From an uncultured Candidatus Saccharibacteria bacterium (GTDB lineage Bacteria; Patescibacteriota; Minisyncoccia; Phycocordibacterales; UBA1006): DNA of 64,000 nt. Below the pieces are notes generated by a model. The model did no database searches. It was given only the letters and a program-made list of their open reading frames with translations, and was not told where the DNA came from. Of this stretch, positions 9,553-19,771 are shown piece after piece. Position numbers and translations under genes: made by a program. The DNA is taken from the NCBI GenBank assembly GCA_964350165.1, contig CAYGJA010000001.1, positions 86,823 to 150,822 of the forward strand, read 5' to 3'. Position 1 is the first letter of the stretch. Every line of letters starts with the position of its first letter.

Positions 9553-10890
9553 TTATTGGCTTAATGCCGAGATGGCGTTATTGATTCTAAGCAATGACTC
9601 ATCTTTTCCTAAAAGATAAAGAAGTGCAAAAGGGTCAGGAGACTTTTCCTTACCAGACAAGGCGTAGCGTAATGGCCACAACACATCACCCACACCCTGC
9701 TCTTGAGCATAAGGCCAAACCGCCTCTTTTAAATTATCAGCGCTTTCCCAGTCGCTAATTCCTGAAATCAGCTCAGAAACATATTTTAAATTGGCTAGAC
9801 TTTTTTGTTTGTCACTTTTTTTCCAGATAATCTTTTCTGGCTCTGAATACCCCGGGGCTTTGAATACGTAATCATACTCACCAGCCTCTATTTCATCTTT
9901 TAGCTCACCAAAAACATACGTTCGCTCTCTTATTATTGGCAACAACTTGGTCAAATTTTTGTCCGCCAAAACACCCAAAAAAGGTCTTGCTTGTTCGATA
10001 AATTCTGAATCTGAAAGCTTGAGTAAATGTTCCCGATTTAGCCAACGTAATTTTTCAATATTAAAACCAGCTGGGCCCTTCTGTACTTTAGCCAGGTCGA
10101 ATTTAGAAATAATCTCATCAATAGAATAGACCTCTTCTTCCCCGCCAGGATTCCAGCCAATAAATGCCAAAAAATTTATCATTGCTTCTGGTAAATAACC
10201 CTTTTTTTGATAGTCCAAAATAGCAACATCTCCATCTCGCTTGCTTAGCTTTTTTTTACCATCAGCTCCAAGAATAAAAGGAATATGCGAATATTCTGGC
10301 TGTGACAAACCGAGAGCCTTAATAAGGAGTATCTGTCGCGGTGTGTTGGCAATATGTTCCTGAGCTCGTATCACATGGGTTATACCCTCGTCACTATCAT
10401 CGATAACCACCGCCAAATGATAAAGCGGAGACATCATGTTACGAGCAATTACAAAATCCCCTAAATCAGTAGTATCAAAAGAAACTTCTCCGAGCACTCC
10501 GTCCTTGAAAGTTACGGTTTCTCCGGGATTGCGAAAGCGAATTACTTTCCCCTCCCCTTCTTTTGAATCTTCGGCTTCATAGGCAAAATCTTTTTCTAAC
10601 AAATCAGCAATGGCAGACTGATGTCTTTTTAAGTTTTCAGACTGACGATAAAAATCATCTATGTGAATACCGAGCCAAGCCAAAGCTTCTTTTATCTCGT
10701 CTTCGTATTCTCTGCGGCTGCGCTCCTTGTCGGTGTCTTCGCTCCGCAAGATAAATTTGCCTTTATGATGACGAGCAAAAAAATAATTAAACAGCAAAGT
10801 TCTCATGCTTCCCACATGAAAAGATCCTGTTGGCGAAGGGGCCATTCTGGTTACAACTTGGCCTGTATTATTGTTTAAATTATCGTTCAT
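9553..10890 (-). CDS. gltX: Glutamate--tRNA ligase
   Basis: RMAPSPTG, HVGS (HIGH), KLSKRDG; start taken at ATG 10890. Confidence 0.97.
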   Translation of the reverse strand: MNDNLNNNTGQVVTRMAPSPTGSFHVGSMRTLLFNYFFARHHKGKFILRSEDTDKERSRREYEDEIKEALAWLGIHIDDFYRQSENLKRHQSAIADLLEKDFAYEAEDSKEGEGKVIRFRNPGETVTFKDGVLGEVSFDTTDLGDFVIARNMMSPLYHLAVVIDDSDEGITHVIRAQEHIANTPRQILLIKALGLSQPEYSHIPFILGADGKKKLSKRDGDVAILDYQKKGYLPEAMINFLAFIGWNPGGEEEVYSIDEIISKFDLAKVQKGPAGFNIEKLRWLNREHLLKLSDSEFIEQARPFLGVLADKNLTKLLPIIRERTYVFGELKDEIEAGEYDYVFKAPGYSEPEKIIWKKSDKQKSLANLKYVSELISGISDWESADNLKEAVWPYAQEQGVGDVLWPLRYALSGKEKSPDPFALLYLLGKDESLLRINNAISALSQ

Positions 10891-12007
10891 GAGAAAGTGT
10901 AATGGCAAGGATTTCTTCGGCAATTATTCGCGCCGCTCCTGGTTGATAGAAATTTCCAGCTGCAGCCCGCATGTCACCATAGAGGGCTTCATTCTGCATG
11001 ATTCGGTCTATTTCTGCAACCAAAATATGTGGTGTGAGGTTTTGTTCTTCGATTACTTGCCCAGCTCCGGTGCGAGCATAGTTATAGGCATTTTTGCGTT
11101 GATGATCTCCGTTTGATTTGGTGATAGGAATGGCAATAGCCGGCACCCCCCAAGCTGCAAATTCGAATAAACTAGAACCCGCTCTAGTGATTACCAACTT
11201 TGCCACTCCGCCAATCATCTGATATGCCAAAGGCTCCAAAAAAGGATAGGGATGATACCGACGAGCATACTCACTGCTTCCAAGCACTAATTCGGCTGTT
11301 TCCTTTACGGAATTAAAATGCTCTGAACCCGTCTGGTGAATTACTTGATACTTCTCGATCAGCTGTGGAAGAACCCCAATGATTGCTTCGTTAATTATTT
11401 TTGCTCCTTGAGAGCCACCAAAAATAGCAATTACGGGTGTTTCTTTTTCCAAGCCCATGTAGTCAAAACCAGCACCCCGAATAGGAGTGGCTACGTCAGT
11501 ACGAATAGGCTGCCCGGTATAAGCGGTTTTTTCTTTTGGGAAAAATGCAGTTGTTTCTTTGTATGAGATAGCTATGCGATACGCCATTTTTGCAACAAGC
11601 TTGTTGGCTCGACCCGGCACAGAATCAGATTCATGGATAATAATGGGAATACGAAGAATATAAGCAGCGACAATGGTAGGAAAACTAGCAAACCCTCCCT
11701 TGGCAAACACAACGTCTGGAAAAATAAGGAATAATTTCCAAAGAGCCTGGAAAACACCAATACAGACTTTGAAAATATCAAAAAAATTTTGAACTGATGC
11801 ATACAAACGCATCTTGCCCGCCATCACTGACCGAAATTCAATGCCCAACTCGTCAAGGTCTGTTTGGTTGTAGGGATTATTTGAAAAATAATAAAGACGG
11901 ACCTCCGCAAAAGCTTTATCTTTTGTAACTTCTCGAAGCGCTTCTGCCACCGCAATTAACGGATAAAAATGCCCCCCTGTTCCTCCTCCAGCAAATACTA
12001 CTTTCAT
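10880..12007 (-). CDS. murG: Lipid II GlcNAc transferase
   Basis: GGGTGGHFYP, GGSQGA and HQRKNA. Confidence 0.97.
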   Translation of the reverse strand: MKVVFAGGGTGGHFYPLIAVAEALREVTKDKAFAEVRLYYFSNNPYNQTDLDELGIEFRSVMAGKMRLYASVQNFFDIFKVCIGVFQALWKLFLIFPDVVFAKGGFASFPTIVAAYILRIPIIIHESDSVPGRANKLVAKMAYRIAISYKETTAFFPKEKTAYTGQPIRTDVATPIRGAGFDYMGLEKETPVIAIFGGSQGAKIINEAIIGVLPQLIEKYQVIHQTGSEHFNSVKETAELVLGSSEYARRYHPYPFLEPLAYQMIGGVAKLVITRAGSSLFEFAAWGVPAIAIPITKSNGDHQRKNAYNYARTGAGQVIEEQNLTPHILVAEIDRIMQNEALYGDMRAAAGNFYQPGAARIIAEEILAITLSHER

Positions 12008-13182
12008 GACACTTCGCTATCTTTAGCTTTTTTCATCATACCACCAAGATGTTTGCTCGCATAACTATTGTCTCGCTGATAGCGAGACACCTGCAAGACA
12101 ATCCCAACCATGGAAAGAGTTATAAGGAGAGATGTTCCTCCATGACTAACAAAAGAAAGAGGTAGTCCGGTAAGCGGCATAAGTCCTAAGATCGAAGCGA
12201 TATTCACAAAAGCTTGCGACACAATCAAGATTACAATTCCAGCCACCAGAAGTCGCGTAAATTGATTTGGAGCCCTCGTTGCAATATAAAAACCACGCCA
12301 CAAAAACAAAAGAAAAAGGATGATCAAAACAACCGCCCCAACAAAACCAAGCTCTTCGGCCACCACAGCAAAAATAGAATCGCCAACTGGTTCAGGTAAA
12401 TATTGAAATTTTTGGCCACTGCGACCATAGCCACGACCCAAAAACTCTCCAGATCCCACCGTAATCAAAGACTGTCTGATCTGATAAGAAGAACCTGTTG
12501 GATCACGAGCCGGATCACTAAAAGTAAGGATACGATCAAGCAAATAAGGTCGCACAGCGATTAACGCCCCCAAACCCAACACCATAACAACACCAATGGT
12601 CCACATATGTCGGAAAGGGGCCCCAGCGAGCAAATACATACCAACTAGCGATGCCGCTATCACTAGAAATGTCCCCGTATCTGGTTGCACGAGCAATGCA
12701 ATCGCCGGCACCACAATAAATAAAAACAACGCCACCAAACCAAAACGTGGAGCTACTATTTTTTTACCAACAAAAGAAAGAAAAGCGGCCCAATACATGA
12801 CCATGGCAAATTTGAGAAGTTCGGCCGGCTGCAGTGTGGCAAAACCTAGACTAATCCAACGGCGCGCTCCACCATGAGAAAAACCAAGCCCGGGCACAAA
12901 CACCAAAAACGTAGCCAAAAGAGCAGTGATTGCGATGGGTAGAGCGTATTTTTCCCAAAATCGAAAAGGAATTCTGGCAAACAAAAAGGCTGCCCCCACC
13001 CCACCCACCAGAGCAAAGCCCAGCTGACTGATAATCATTCTCTGAAACAAGCTACTGTCTTTTGGGAGGACACTCAATGCCGCTGAGATAAAAACAAAAA
13101 TGCCTGACAAAACAAGCGCCCCCACGATTCCAAGCATGATGGGGTCCATCTGGTATTTTGTTTTTTTGGTTAAGGTCGACAT
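12004..13182 (-). CDS. ftsW: SEDS peptidoglycan glycosyltransferase FtsW
   Basis: GARRWI, QPAELLK, QPDTGT, AEELGF and SHGGTS; lies between mraY and murG. Confidence 0.93.
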   Translation of the reverse strand: MSTLTKKTKYQMDPIMLGIVGALVLSGIFVFISAALSVLPKDSSLFQRMIISQLGFALVGGVGAAFLFARIPFRFWEKYALPIAITALLATFLVFVPGLGFSHGGARRWISLGFATLQPAELLKFAMVMYWAAFLSFVGKKIVAPRFGLVALFLFIVVPAIALLVQPDTGTFLVIAASLVGMYLLAGAPFRHMWTIGVVMVLGLGALIAVRPYLLDRILTFSDPARDPTGSSYQIRQSLITVGSGEFLGRGYGRSGQKFQYLPEPVGDSIFAVVAEELGFVGAVVLIILFLLFLWRGFYIATRAPNQFTRLLVAGIVILIVSQAFVNIASILGLMPLTGLPLSFVSHGGTSLLITLSMVGIVLQVSRYQRDNSYASKHLGGMMKKAKDSEVS

Positions 13183-13197
13183 GTCTTGTTTATTCTC

Positions 13198-14262
13198 CTA
13201 ACCAATCACAGAAATAATTATCCCAATAAAAGCCATGACCACAGAAGCCACCCAGTAACGCATAGTTACCTTATGAGAAGGCCAACCTAAAGCCTGGAAA
13301 TGATGATGTAATGGGGCCACCTTAAAAATACGCTTTCCTTTTCTAAATTTTTTAGACAAGATTTGTAAAAACGAAGACAAAGAAGTTGCAACCAAAGGCA
13401 AACCAATAATTGGCAAAAGCAGTGCCGAATGCGTAAGAAAGGCAATCAAAGCCAAGGCCAGTGTCAAACCAAGCATCCCAGTCTCCCCCATCCAAAAACG
13501 AGCCGGCGGAATATTGAACCAAAGAAATACCAACAAGGCGCCCACAATCACGGCACAGAGTGTGGCCATGTCTATCTGATTCTGAATAAAAGCAATCAAC
13601 CCATATGCACCAAACACAGAGATCAGCACCCCTCCGGAAAGCCCGTCGATACCATCAATTACACGGCTTGAAAAAGTAGCCAAAATAACCAACACAAAAA
13701 AAGGTATGAACCACAGCCCAATCTGAACATCTCCCACAAAAGGTACATTAATCATCGAGACATCAAGCTTGAAGTAGAACCAAAAAGCAAAGAGAATCCC
13801 AATCAAGGCAACAGCGTATACGCGTGCCATACGTGGTAAACCATGCGCAATCAAACCCATCTTGGCGGGGAAAATTTCCAACAAATCTTCTGCCAGTCCA
13901 AGCACCCCCCCAACAACCAAGGCCAGAATGGGTAGCAATGTTTGATTCCTGCTAAAAAAATTAAGCTCCTGCAAAAAATCGGTTGAAAAGAATTCTGCCA
14001 ACAAAAAGATAACCATCATGGTTAACAAAATTGTTACCCAAATGATCACCCCTCCCACTCTAGGAGTAGAAAGCTCAGTTTCTTTGTCATGCAGGGACTT
14101 GTATTCTGCGGTGATTGTTGGGTTCGTGCCCTCGTCAGTTCGAGCAACTCGTTTCCATAATTTATATTTATAAAAGAAATCAGTAAATCTTGGCGTAATC
14201 GCTATTCCAATCAAAACAGCAATCAGGGCTGGTAAAAAAATTTTGAGAACATTAAAAGTCAT
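13198..14262 (-). CDS. mraY: Phospho-MurNAc-pentapeptide transferase
   Basis: TPRVGG, DGIDGL, WMGETG and APLHHHF. Confidence 0.93.
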   Translation of the reverse strand: MTFNVLKIFLPALIAVLIGIAITPRFTDFFYKYKLWKRVARTDEGTNPTITAEYKSLHDKETELSTPRVGGVIIWVTILLTMMVIFLLAEFFSTDFLQELNFFSRNQTLLPILALVVGGVLGLAEDLLEIFPAKMGLIAHGLPRMARVYAVALIGILFAFWFYFKLDVSMINVPFVGDVQIGLWFIPFFVLVILATFSSRVIDGIDGLSGGVLISVFGAYGLIAFIQNQIDMATLCAVIVGALLVFLWFNIPPARFWMGETGMLGLTLALALIAFLTHSALLLPIIGLPLVATSLSSFLQILSKKFRKGKRIFKVAPLHHHFQALGWPSHKVTMRYWVASVVMAFIGIIISVIG

Positions 14263-14282
14263 GGGGTTATTATACAAAATAA

Positions 14283-15320
14283 CTAAAAGTTAAATTGCAG
14301 CCACTGCTCTAACGCATCCAAAATAATCTGAGCGTCCACAAAACGACCATCATAAGTAGAGCCCATAACTACAATTGCGACTTGTTTTCCTTCACCGAGA
14401 TCGGCCACCAGTGCCAAATTTCCTCCTGCCAAATCAGTAAAACCAGTCTTGGAAAAAATAATATTTTTATCTTTTTGCAGTAATGGATTCGTGTTTTTTA
14501 TTACTATCTCTTTGTCACCAAAATTATAAGTAGCACTTGGTTTGACTGATTCACGAGCAATCTCTGGATACAGATCCATGACCCACCACAAAAGTTTTGC
14601 AACATCTGCGGGACTACCATAAGACCCACTGAGCCGTTCGCTTTCATCAAAACCAACCGCATCTACAAAAAAAGAATGCTCCAGTCCAATAGTTCGCGCT
14701 CGGTCATTCATCGCTCGCACAAAAGTATTAACCACGGTTGTTTCGTCGGCGCTATTCTTACCAACGAGAGCGCTCGATACTGATTCTTGTACGGCATAAG
14801 CCATATCATTCGAAGAGCTTTGCATCAAAAAACTAATTGCTTGCTTTAATGGAACTCGCATCCCAACGGCTAGCTGTTGATCTCCTTCTTGATCAATAGC
14901 GTCTTGGGAAACAAAAACAGTCTCAACCAGATCTGCGTTTTCCATGGCAGTAATTGCGGTCATTGTTTTTGTAAGTGAGGCCAACGGTCTCTCTGTCTGC
15001 CCCTCTCGCTCAAACAAAACACGCTCCCCTTCACTGTCTCGATATTCGACATACATCGAAGAAGAGAGCAAGCCATCTTCATTAAAATAACGGTCAAGTG
15101 ACGTCAAAAAAATCTTTTCCGTGGTCGTACTTGTTTTTAATAATTCAATTTCTGAGTCGGCCAACATGTCTTGGGCGCCCAAAACCTCCCCAGAGCCTGC
15201 CTCTTCTTTTCTTTCAGCCAAAAAAGGATCTTGTGGTGAGGCAACCTCCACCACAACAACACCCATAACAACAATCACAAGCAGGCTCAAAATTATGTAT
15301 TTGGTTCGCTCAAAATCCAT
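14283..15320 (-). CDS. S11 D-alanyl-D-alanine carboxypeptidase
   Basis: ASLTK (SxxK), SSN and KTG motifs; N-terminal TM. Confidence 0.9.
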   Translation of the reverse strand: MDFERTKYIILSLLVIVVMGVVVVEVASPQDPFLAERKEEAGSGEVLGAQDMLADSEIELLKTSTTTEKIFLTSLDRYFNEDGLLSSSMYVEYRDSEGERVLFEREGQTERPLASLTKTMTAITAMENADLVETVFVSQDAIDQEGDQQLAVGMRVPLKQAISFLMQSSSNDMAYAVQESVSSALVGKNSADETTVVNTFVRAMNDRARTIGLEHSFFVDAVGFDESERLSGSYGSPADVAKLLWWVMDLYPEIARESVKPSATYNFGDKEIVIKNTNPLLQKDKNIIFSKTGFTDLAGGNLALVADLGEGKQVAIVVMGSTYDGRFVDAQIILDALEQWLQFNF

Positions 15321-15325
15321 CTGGC

Positions 15326-15889
15326 TTACTCTACCATATCCACCGTTTGTCCGTGAAGTTGTTCGCGCAAAGTGGCGTGAACAGATTCCCAATCGGGTAA
15401 TTCTTGAACTCTCTGTATTCCCAAATTAGCCAGGGCCTCGATCGTAGGCTGATACACTTTGGCTGAAGACATTTGCAACATGCCTCGTATCGATAGTTTT
15501 CTCAAAGTAAAATAACTATTTACTCCACGAACAAAATCAATCTCTGCCTTGTTTGCCCCGTCCAGATAGCAAATAGTAGCCAATGTTTCCAATGCAGCAG
15601 AAGAAAGCGGGGTCACCTGTTCTAGGGCTTGCCACTCAGCTGCCAATTCAGAAAATTCAGGAGCAACCGCTAACTGCAAGCTGTTTTCATCAGACAAGAT
15701 AACTAGACCAAGCTCTCGCAATTTTGTTCGAGCCTCAGCCAGAGCAAGGGGAAAAATATCAGCACCAAATTGCTCTTCCAGCACACTCATTTTTATTTCA
15801 TCGCCGGCCGTAAACAAGATACTCACCAAAGCAGCTATTGCTCGCTCATTTGAAGTAATTGGTTCCCATTCTTCATTCATGTCTTCCAT
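15326..15889 (-). CDS. scpB: SMC kleisin partner ScpB
   Basis: LSSAALETLATICY and EIDFVRGVNS. Confidence 0.93.
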   Translation of the reverse strand: MEDMNEEWEPITSNERAIAALVSILFTAGDEIKMSVLEEQFGADIFPLALAEARTKLRELGLVILSDENSLQLAVAPEFSELAAEWQALEQVTPLSSAALETLATICYLDGANKAEIDFVRGVNSYFTLRKLSIRGMLQMSSAKVYQPTIEALANLGIQRVQELPDWESVHATLREQLHGQTVDMVE

Positions 15890-15893
15890 AGTA

Positions 15894-16655
15894 TCAGGAA
15901 TCTAGTCGCGTAATAATAATTTCTGAAAAAATACCAACCTGCTCGCAGCTAGCGTCTTTCTGCTTAATCATCTCCAAGGCCGCCAAAAAACTACCGATCG
16001 GAGCGTCTTTGGGGTCGTAATCTTCTTCTTGTTCAGCCGAAGAGCCACCAAAACCGAGAGAATTTACAATATCAGACAAACGAAGACGCACCCCAGGCCT
16101 AGTAAGTCTTTCTTTGATTGCCCCCATAATAGAAGCCAGCGCCATTCTTGGGCGGATGGTCTTGGTTGCTTCTTTTTTAATTGTCTGCGTCATTTCTTTG
16201 GCAATTTCGAGCAGTGGTTTTATTTTTTGCAATAACACGTATGCAGACAGAGTCGCCTCTGGAACGTAACCAGTAACTGCCTTGATCACCGGCTTTCGGG
16301 TTAAAAAAGGATGCGGGTCATTTGCACTAATTTTGGGCAATTGTTCCTGAATCAATGCGTACAATTTTACTCGGTCAACCAACTGCACCAAGGCTCCCTC
16401 TGCCTCATCATCCGCATCAACCTCTGGAAACAGGGCCTTGGACTTTACATACACCAACGTGGCCGCCACATTAAGGAAATGCGTAGCATGATGCAGGCTC
16501 ATATCTGACATCGACCGAAAATGTTCAAGGAAACTATCCGCCACCGAAGCCAGACCCACTTCGTTGATGTGTAAACGACGCTTGCGTACTAGTTGCAACA
16601 AGAGCTCTATGGGGCCAACAAAATTTTCTGAAGCAAAGTGAAATGACGAACTCAT
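15894..16655 (-). CDS. scpA: Segregation/condensation protein A
   Basis: FVGPIELLLQLV, ATLVYVKSKALFP and FLAALEM; adjacent to scpB. Confidence 0.92.
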   Translation of the reverse strand: MSSSFHFASENFVGPIELLLQLVRKRRLHINEVGLASVADSFLEHFRSMSDMSLHHATHFLNVAATLVYVKSKALFPEVDADDEAEGALVQLVDRVKLYALIQEQLPKISANDPHPFLTRKPVIKAVTGYVPEATLSAYVLLQKIKPLLEIAKEMTQTIKKEATKTIRPRMALASIMGAIKERLTRPGVRLRLSDIVNSLGFGGSSAEQEEDYDPKDAPIGSFLAALEMIKQKDASCEQVGIFSEIIITRLDS

Positions 16656-16705
16656 GCTCCCATTATCCCCCACCCTGACCTTTTTTCAAAACAAACACCA
16701 CCAAC

Positions 16706-16890
16706 TTGACAGTAATCATATTAAAAAATAAACTAAGCTCGTTTATGAAAAATTTTTGGTCAATTTTCTACATTATTTTTGCTCTCGTCCTCATGGGTCG
16801 GGCTGGTTCTAATGTTGTAGAATAAATAGATCAAATACTATCCAATCTCCAAATTAGAAACCGGCCTCTCCCCAGAGGTCGGTTTTTGCT
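16706..16890 (+). promoter_or_regulatory. Promoter, leader peptide (16745-16825) and attenuator/terminator
   Basis: TTGACA-17-TAAACT; uORF MKNFWSIFYIIFALVLMGRAGSNVVE; terminator 16858-16887; antiterminator pairing. Confidence 0.65.
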
Positions 16891-16968
16891 TTGGAATTCA
16901 AAGCAAAATAGTTCTTTAAAATCAAAAATACAAAAAAACCGCGGGCCACGGTGACGGCCACTATTATT

Positions 16969-18192
16969 ATGGAAAAGATTCTACGTTTACTAGATCCGGC
17001 CATGAACGGCCAGTCATTGTTTGTTGTGGGTTTTGATGGCCAAAATCCTTGGCATGCAACCGTTGATCCCATAACCCCGCATGATATTTTGTTGTTAACC
17101 CAGGGGTTTCAGCAGCAGATTATTGCTACGCCTCATATTGGAAGACACTGGGCGAGCAACTCAGCCTATCCGCTCGCTGGTGTAAAAATTTATGACTTCA
17201 CTGGGAATATGGCTGACGCAGACAAAGAAGATCAACCAGAGTTTGCAACCTTTAATGGTGAAACCATTCGGGTCACAGACCAGAAGCGAGTACTCAGCCC
17301 TTACCTGGAAATTAGAAAAAATGTGCTTATAGTGAGACAGCACGCTCAACTTTATGTTTCTAGTGCACATCATCGTGCCAAAAAGAAGCTTTTCCCTGAA
17401 GCAATTCATCTTGATACAGAGCTCTATGCTCATTCGGTAGCCGAAAAAGTTATTGGAGTTTTATGGAAGAATCAAGAATATCTTCTGCAGGGTTATGAGC
17501 AATCTATCTTTCCCCGCTGGGTTGAGGCTGATGGCACGGTGCGTCATGTTCGTGTCGACGACACAGCAACTCCAGCCAATTTGTTTCGGTTGAAAGAATC
17601 TCATAATGAAATGATACTTCATGACTCGAAGCGGTCTGAAGAAGGGCCACTCGTGATTAAGGAGGTTCTCATCCTTCTTGACGTTGTCCGTCAGATTTAC
17701 GACTCGGGCTTGATCAACAGAAGAGTCGCTGATGTATATCACGTCAGTGGTATCAGCATGCTCAGTTACTGCAAAGACAAGTCATTGAGAGCAGTTCTCG
17801 ATCGAGGGTATAAAATACTCCGCCGAAACTTCCCTGAACTGCCAGAGCATGTGAGGTTGTCTCTACTACCAGGCTCATTGTTTGGGATGCTCCCTACAAA
17901 AATGGACCCGGCGGACTATGTGAACGCAATTCGAGAGGCACTGAGGCTAAAAGCAGAGATTAACCGTCTTGATGCCAGTATTTCTTCGAACCGCGTGGGG
18001 CGCGACGGCTTGATTGCTGAGAAAAAAACCAAGAGATTCGCGCTCATGAATACGTTAGGCAAAGCTAAAAAAGTCACGCGTCCACTCGTGTCCCAATATG
18101 ACGGCGACAGGGCACGGGTGGACGATGAAGCTTGGGAATTGGTCCAAGAGTTGTCGTTCCGTGATCTTCGCGAAATGGCAAAAAAACTATGA
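16969..18192 (+). CDS. Hypothetical soluble protein (~407 aa)
   Basis: Long ORF; alternative GTG start at 16951; no family confidently recognised. Confidence 0.8.
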   Translation: MEKILRLLDPAMNGQSLFVVGFDGQNPWHATVDPITPHDILLLTQGFQQQIIATPHIGRHWASNSAYPLAGVKIYDFTGNMADADKEDQPEFATFNGETIRVTDQKRVLSPYLEIRKNVLIVRQHAQLYVSSAHHRAKKKLFPEAIHLDTELYAHSVAEKVIGVLWKNQEYLLQGYEQSIFPRWVEADGTVRHVRVDDTATPANLFRLKESHNEMILHDSKRSEEGPLVIKEVLILLDVVRQIYDSGLINRRVADVYHVSGISMLSYCKDKSLRAVLDRGYKILRRNFPELPEHVRLSLLPGSLFGMLPTKMDPADYVNAIREALRLKAEINRLDASISSNRVGRDGLIAEKKTKRFALMNTLGKAKKVTRPLVSQYDGDRARVDDEAWELVQELSFRDLREMAKKL

Positions 18193-18256
18193 GCGCTCGG
18201 TTCTTGCCGGGCTGCACCAAAACAGGTAGTCTGTACTTTATAGATTGCCTGTTTTT

Positions 18257-19258
18257 ATGTCTAAAAAATACACAATTATCGATGCGCATCAAGACTTAGC
18301 TTTTAATGCACTTAATATAACGGGCAAGGATTTTTTTGTACGTAGTAGTTTTGACAAGTCACATTTATTGTCTGGTCAGCGCCTCAATCAGTCTGATTAT
18401 GTCCGCATGGTTGAGGCGGGCTACAAAGTTGTTTTTGGAGTGGTTTTTCCTTTGGTATTCCAAAACGAGCAAATTAAACATGACCAAGACCTGTGTCGGC
18501 ATGAGGCTCTCGAGCAGTTAGCCTATTACAAGAGCCTTGAGGAGGAAGGCGTTCGCATCTTGCGTACGCAGTCAGATTTACAATACGTCATGGACAGCGA
18601 AGATGTTTTGGGAATATTTATCTTGATGGAAGATGCTATTGCGATTGATCCAGAGCTCAATAACTTACAAGAGTTTTATGACATGGGATTGCGAGCCATT
18701 GGCCCAGTATGGAATTGGGATAATCATTTTGGTGGAGGAACAGACACCGATAATGGACTAACAGAAGCCGGAAAGAATTTGCTATCTAAAATGACTGAAC
18801 TGGGTATGGCCTTGGACACTGCCCACATGAATCCAGTCATATTTGATGAAAGTTTACGGGAATTTTCTGGATCAATTTTCAATTCTCACACGGGAGCCTA
18901 CTCATTGAATCCTCATCGGCGCAATTTGAGAAATAGTCAATTGCAGACATTGGCTGATCGGGGCGGTGTTATTGGTGTTCCTTTTGTTCCAGAGTTTTTA
19001 CATCCCGACCAAAACCAAGCTAACATTCAAGATGTAATTGCACACATACAACATATCATTTCAACTGTCGGGACTGATCATGTCGCGCTGGGTTCAGACT
19101 TTGATGGGATGTCTTGGCCTAACTATTTGCCCCAGCTAAAGGATGTGGCAGATGTGCCTTTATTGTTAAGTCATTTAGAAAAATTGTACCAGCCTTTAGA
19201 CATAAAAAAAATATCACATACTAATTGGTTGACCTGGTTAAATAAAGTTCTTTTTTAA
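18257..19258 (+). CDS. M19 membrane-dipeptidase-family peptidase
   Basis: IDAHQD, DTAH, NSHTG, HRRNL and GSDFDG. Confidence 0.92.
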   Translation: MSKKYTIIDAHQDLAFNALNITGKDFFVRSSFDKSHLLSGQRLNQSDYVRMVEAGYKVVFGVVFPLVFQNEQIKHDQDLCRHEALEQLAYYKSLEEEGVRILRTQSDLQYVMDSEDVLGIFILMEDAIAIDPELNNLQEFYDMGLRAIGPVWNWDNHFGGGTDTDNGLTEAGKNLLSKMTELGMALDTAHMNPVIFDESLREFSGSIFNSHTGAYSLNPHRRNLRNSQLQTLADRGGVIGVPFVPEFLHPDQNQANIQDVIAHIQHIISTVGTDHVALGSDFDGMSWPNYLPQLKDVADVPLLLSHLEKLYQPLDIKKISHTNWLTWLNKVLF

Positions 19259-19364
19259 ATCAAACGCAGTACTTTCAGATCAGAATAGCACTTAGACTAA
19301 AAAGCTGAACTCAACAACTCTACTAGATTCTCTCAAGCTTTTTGGCTATTTTTACAACTCTTTA

Positions 19365-19771
19365 ATGCCTTCCCTCAATTCGGCAAATCTTGGCAACCAT
19401 TTTACTCATCGTGCTGGGAGCAGCTACGAACAAGCAAAAAAGACCATGGCGCAAATACTTGGCCAGAGTATGAATTATCTGGAGGCATAGTCTGCGTAAA
19501 TCCCAACGGACTGGAGGCAATAGTAATGACCGATGGTCGCTATCCAACAGAAGAAGGTTACCAAATCAATGATTACATTACCGAGACTGAAACCGTCTTG
19601 TGGGGTGCTGCCATTACAGAATTTCCAGATACTGAAGAAATTGTAATCTCTACTGTCGGAGAATCCCTAGCTTTGCCACCCAAAAAACGCTTTTCCATTA
19701 GTGGAAAATGCGTTTGCCATGTTGTCATGGACCAAAAGTGGGACTCAAGCCAGAAGCACTATACAAGCTAG
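19365..19771 (+). pseudogene. Possible frameshifted small exported protein (intact remnant 19526-19771)
   Basis: Signal-peptide-like ILATILLIVLGA lies in one frame; a stop-free frame from 19301 runs into ORF 19526. Confidence 0.3.
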
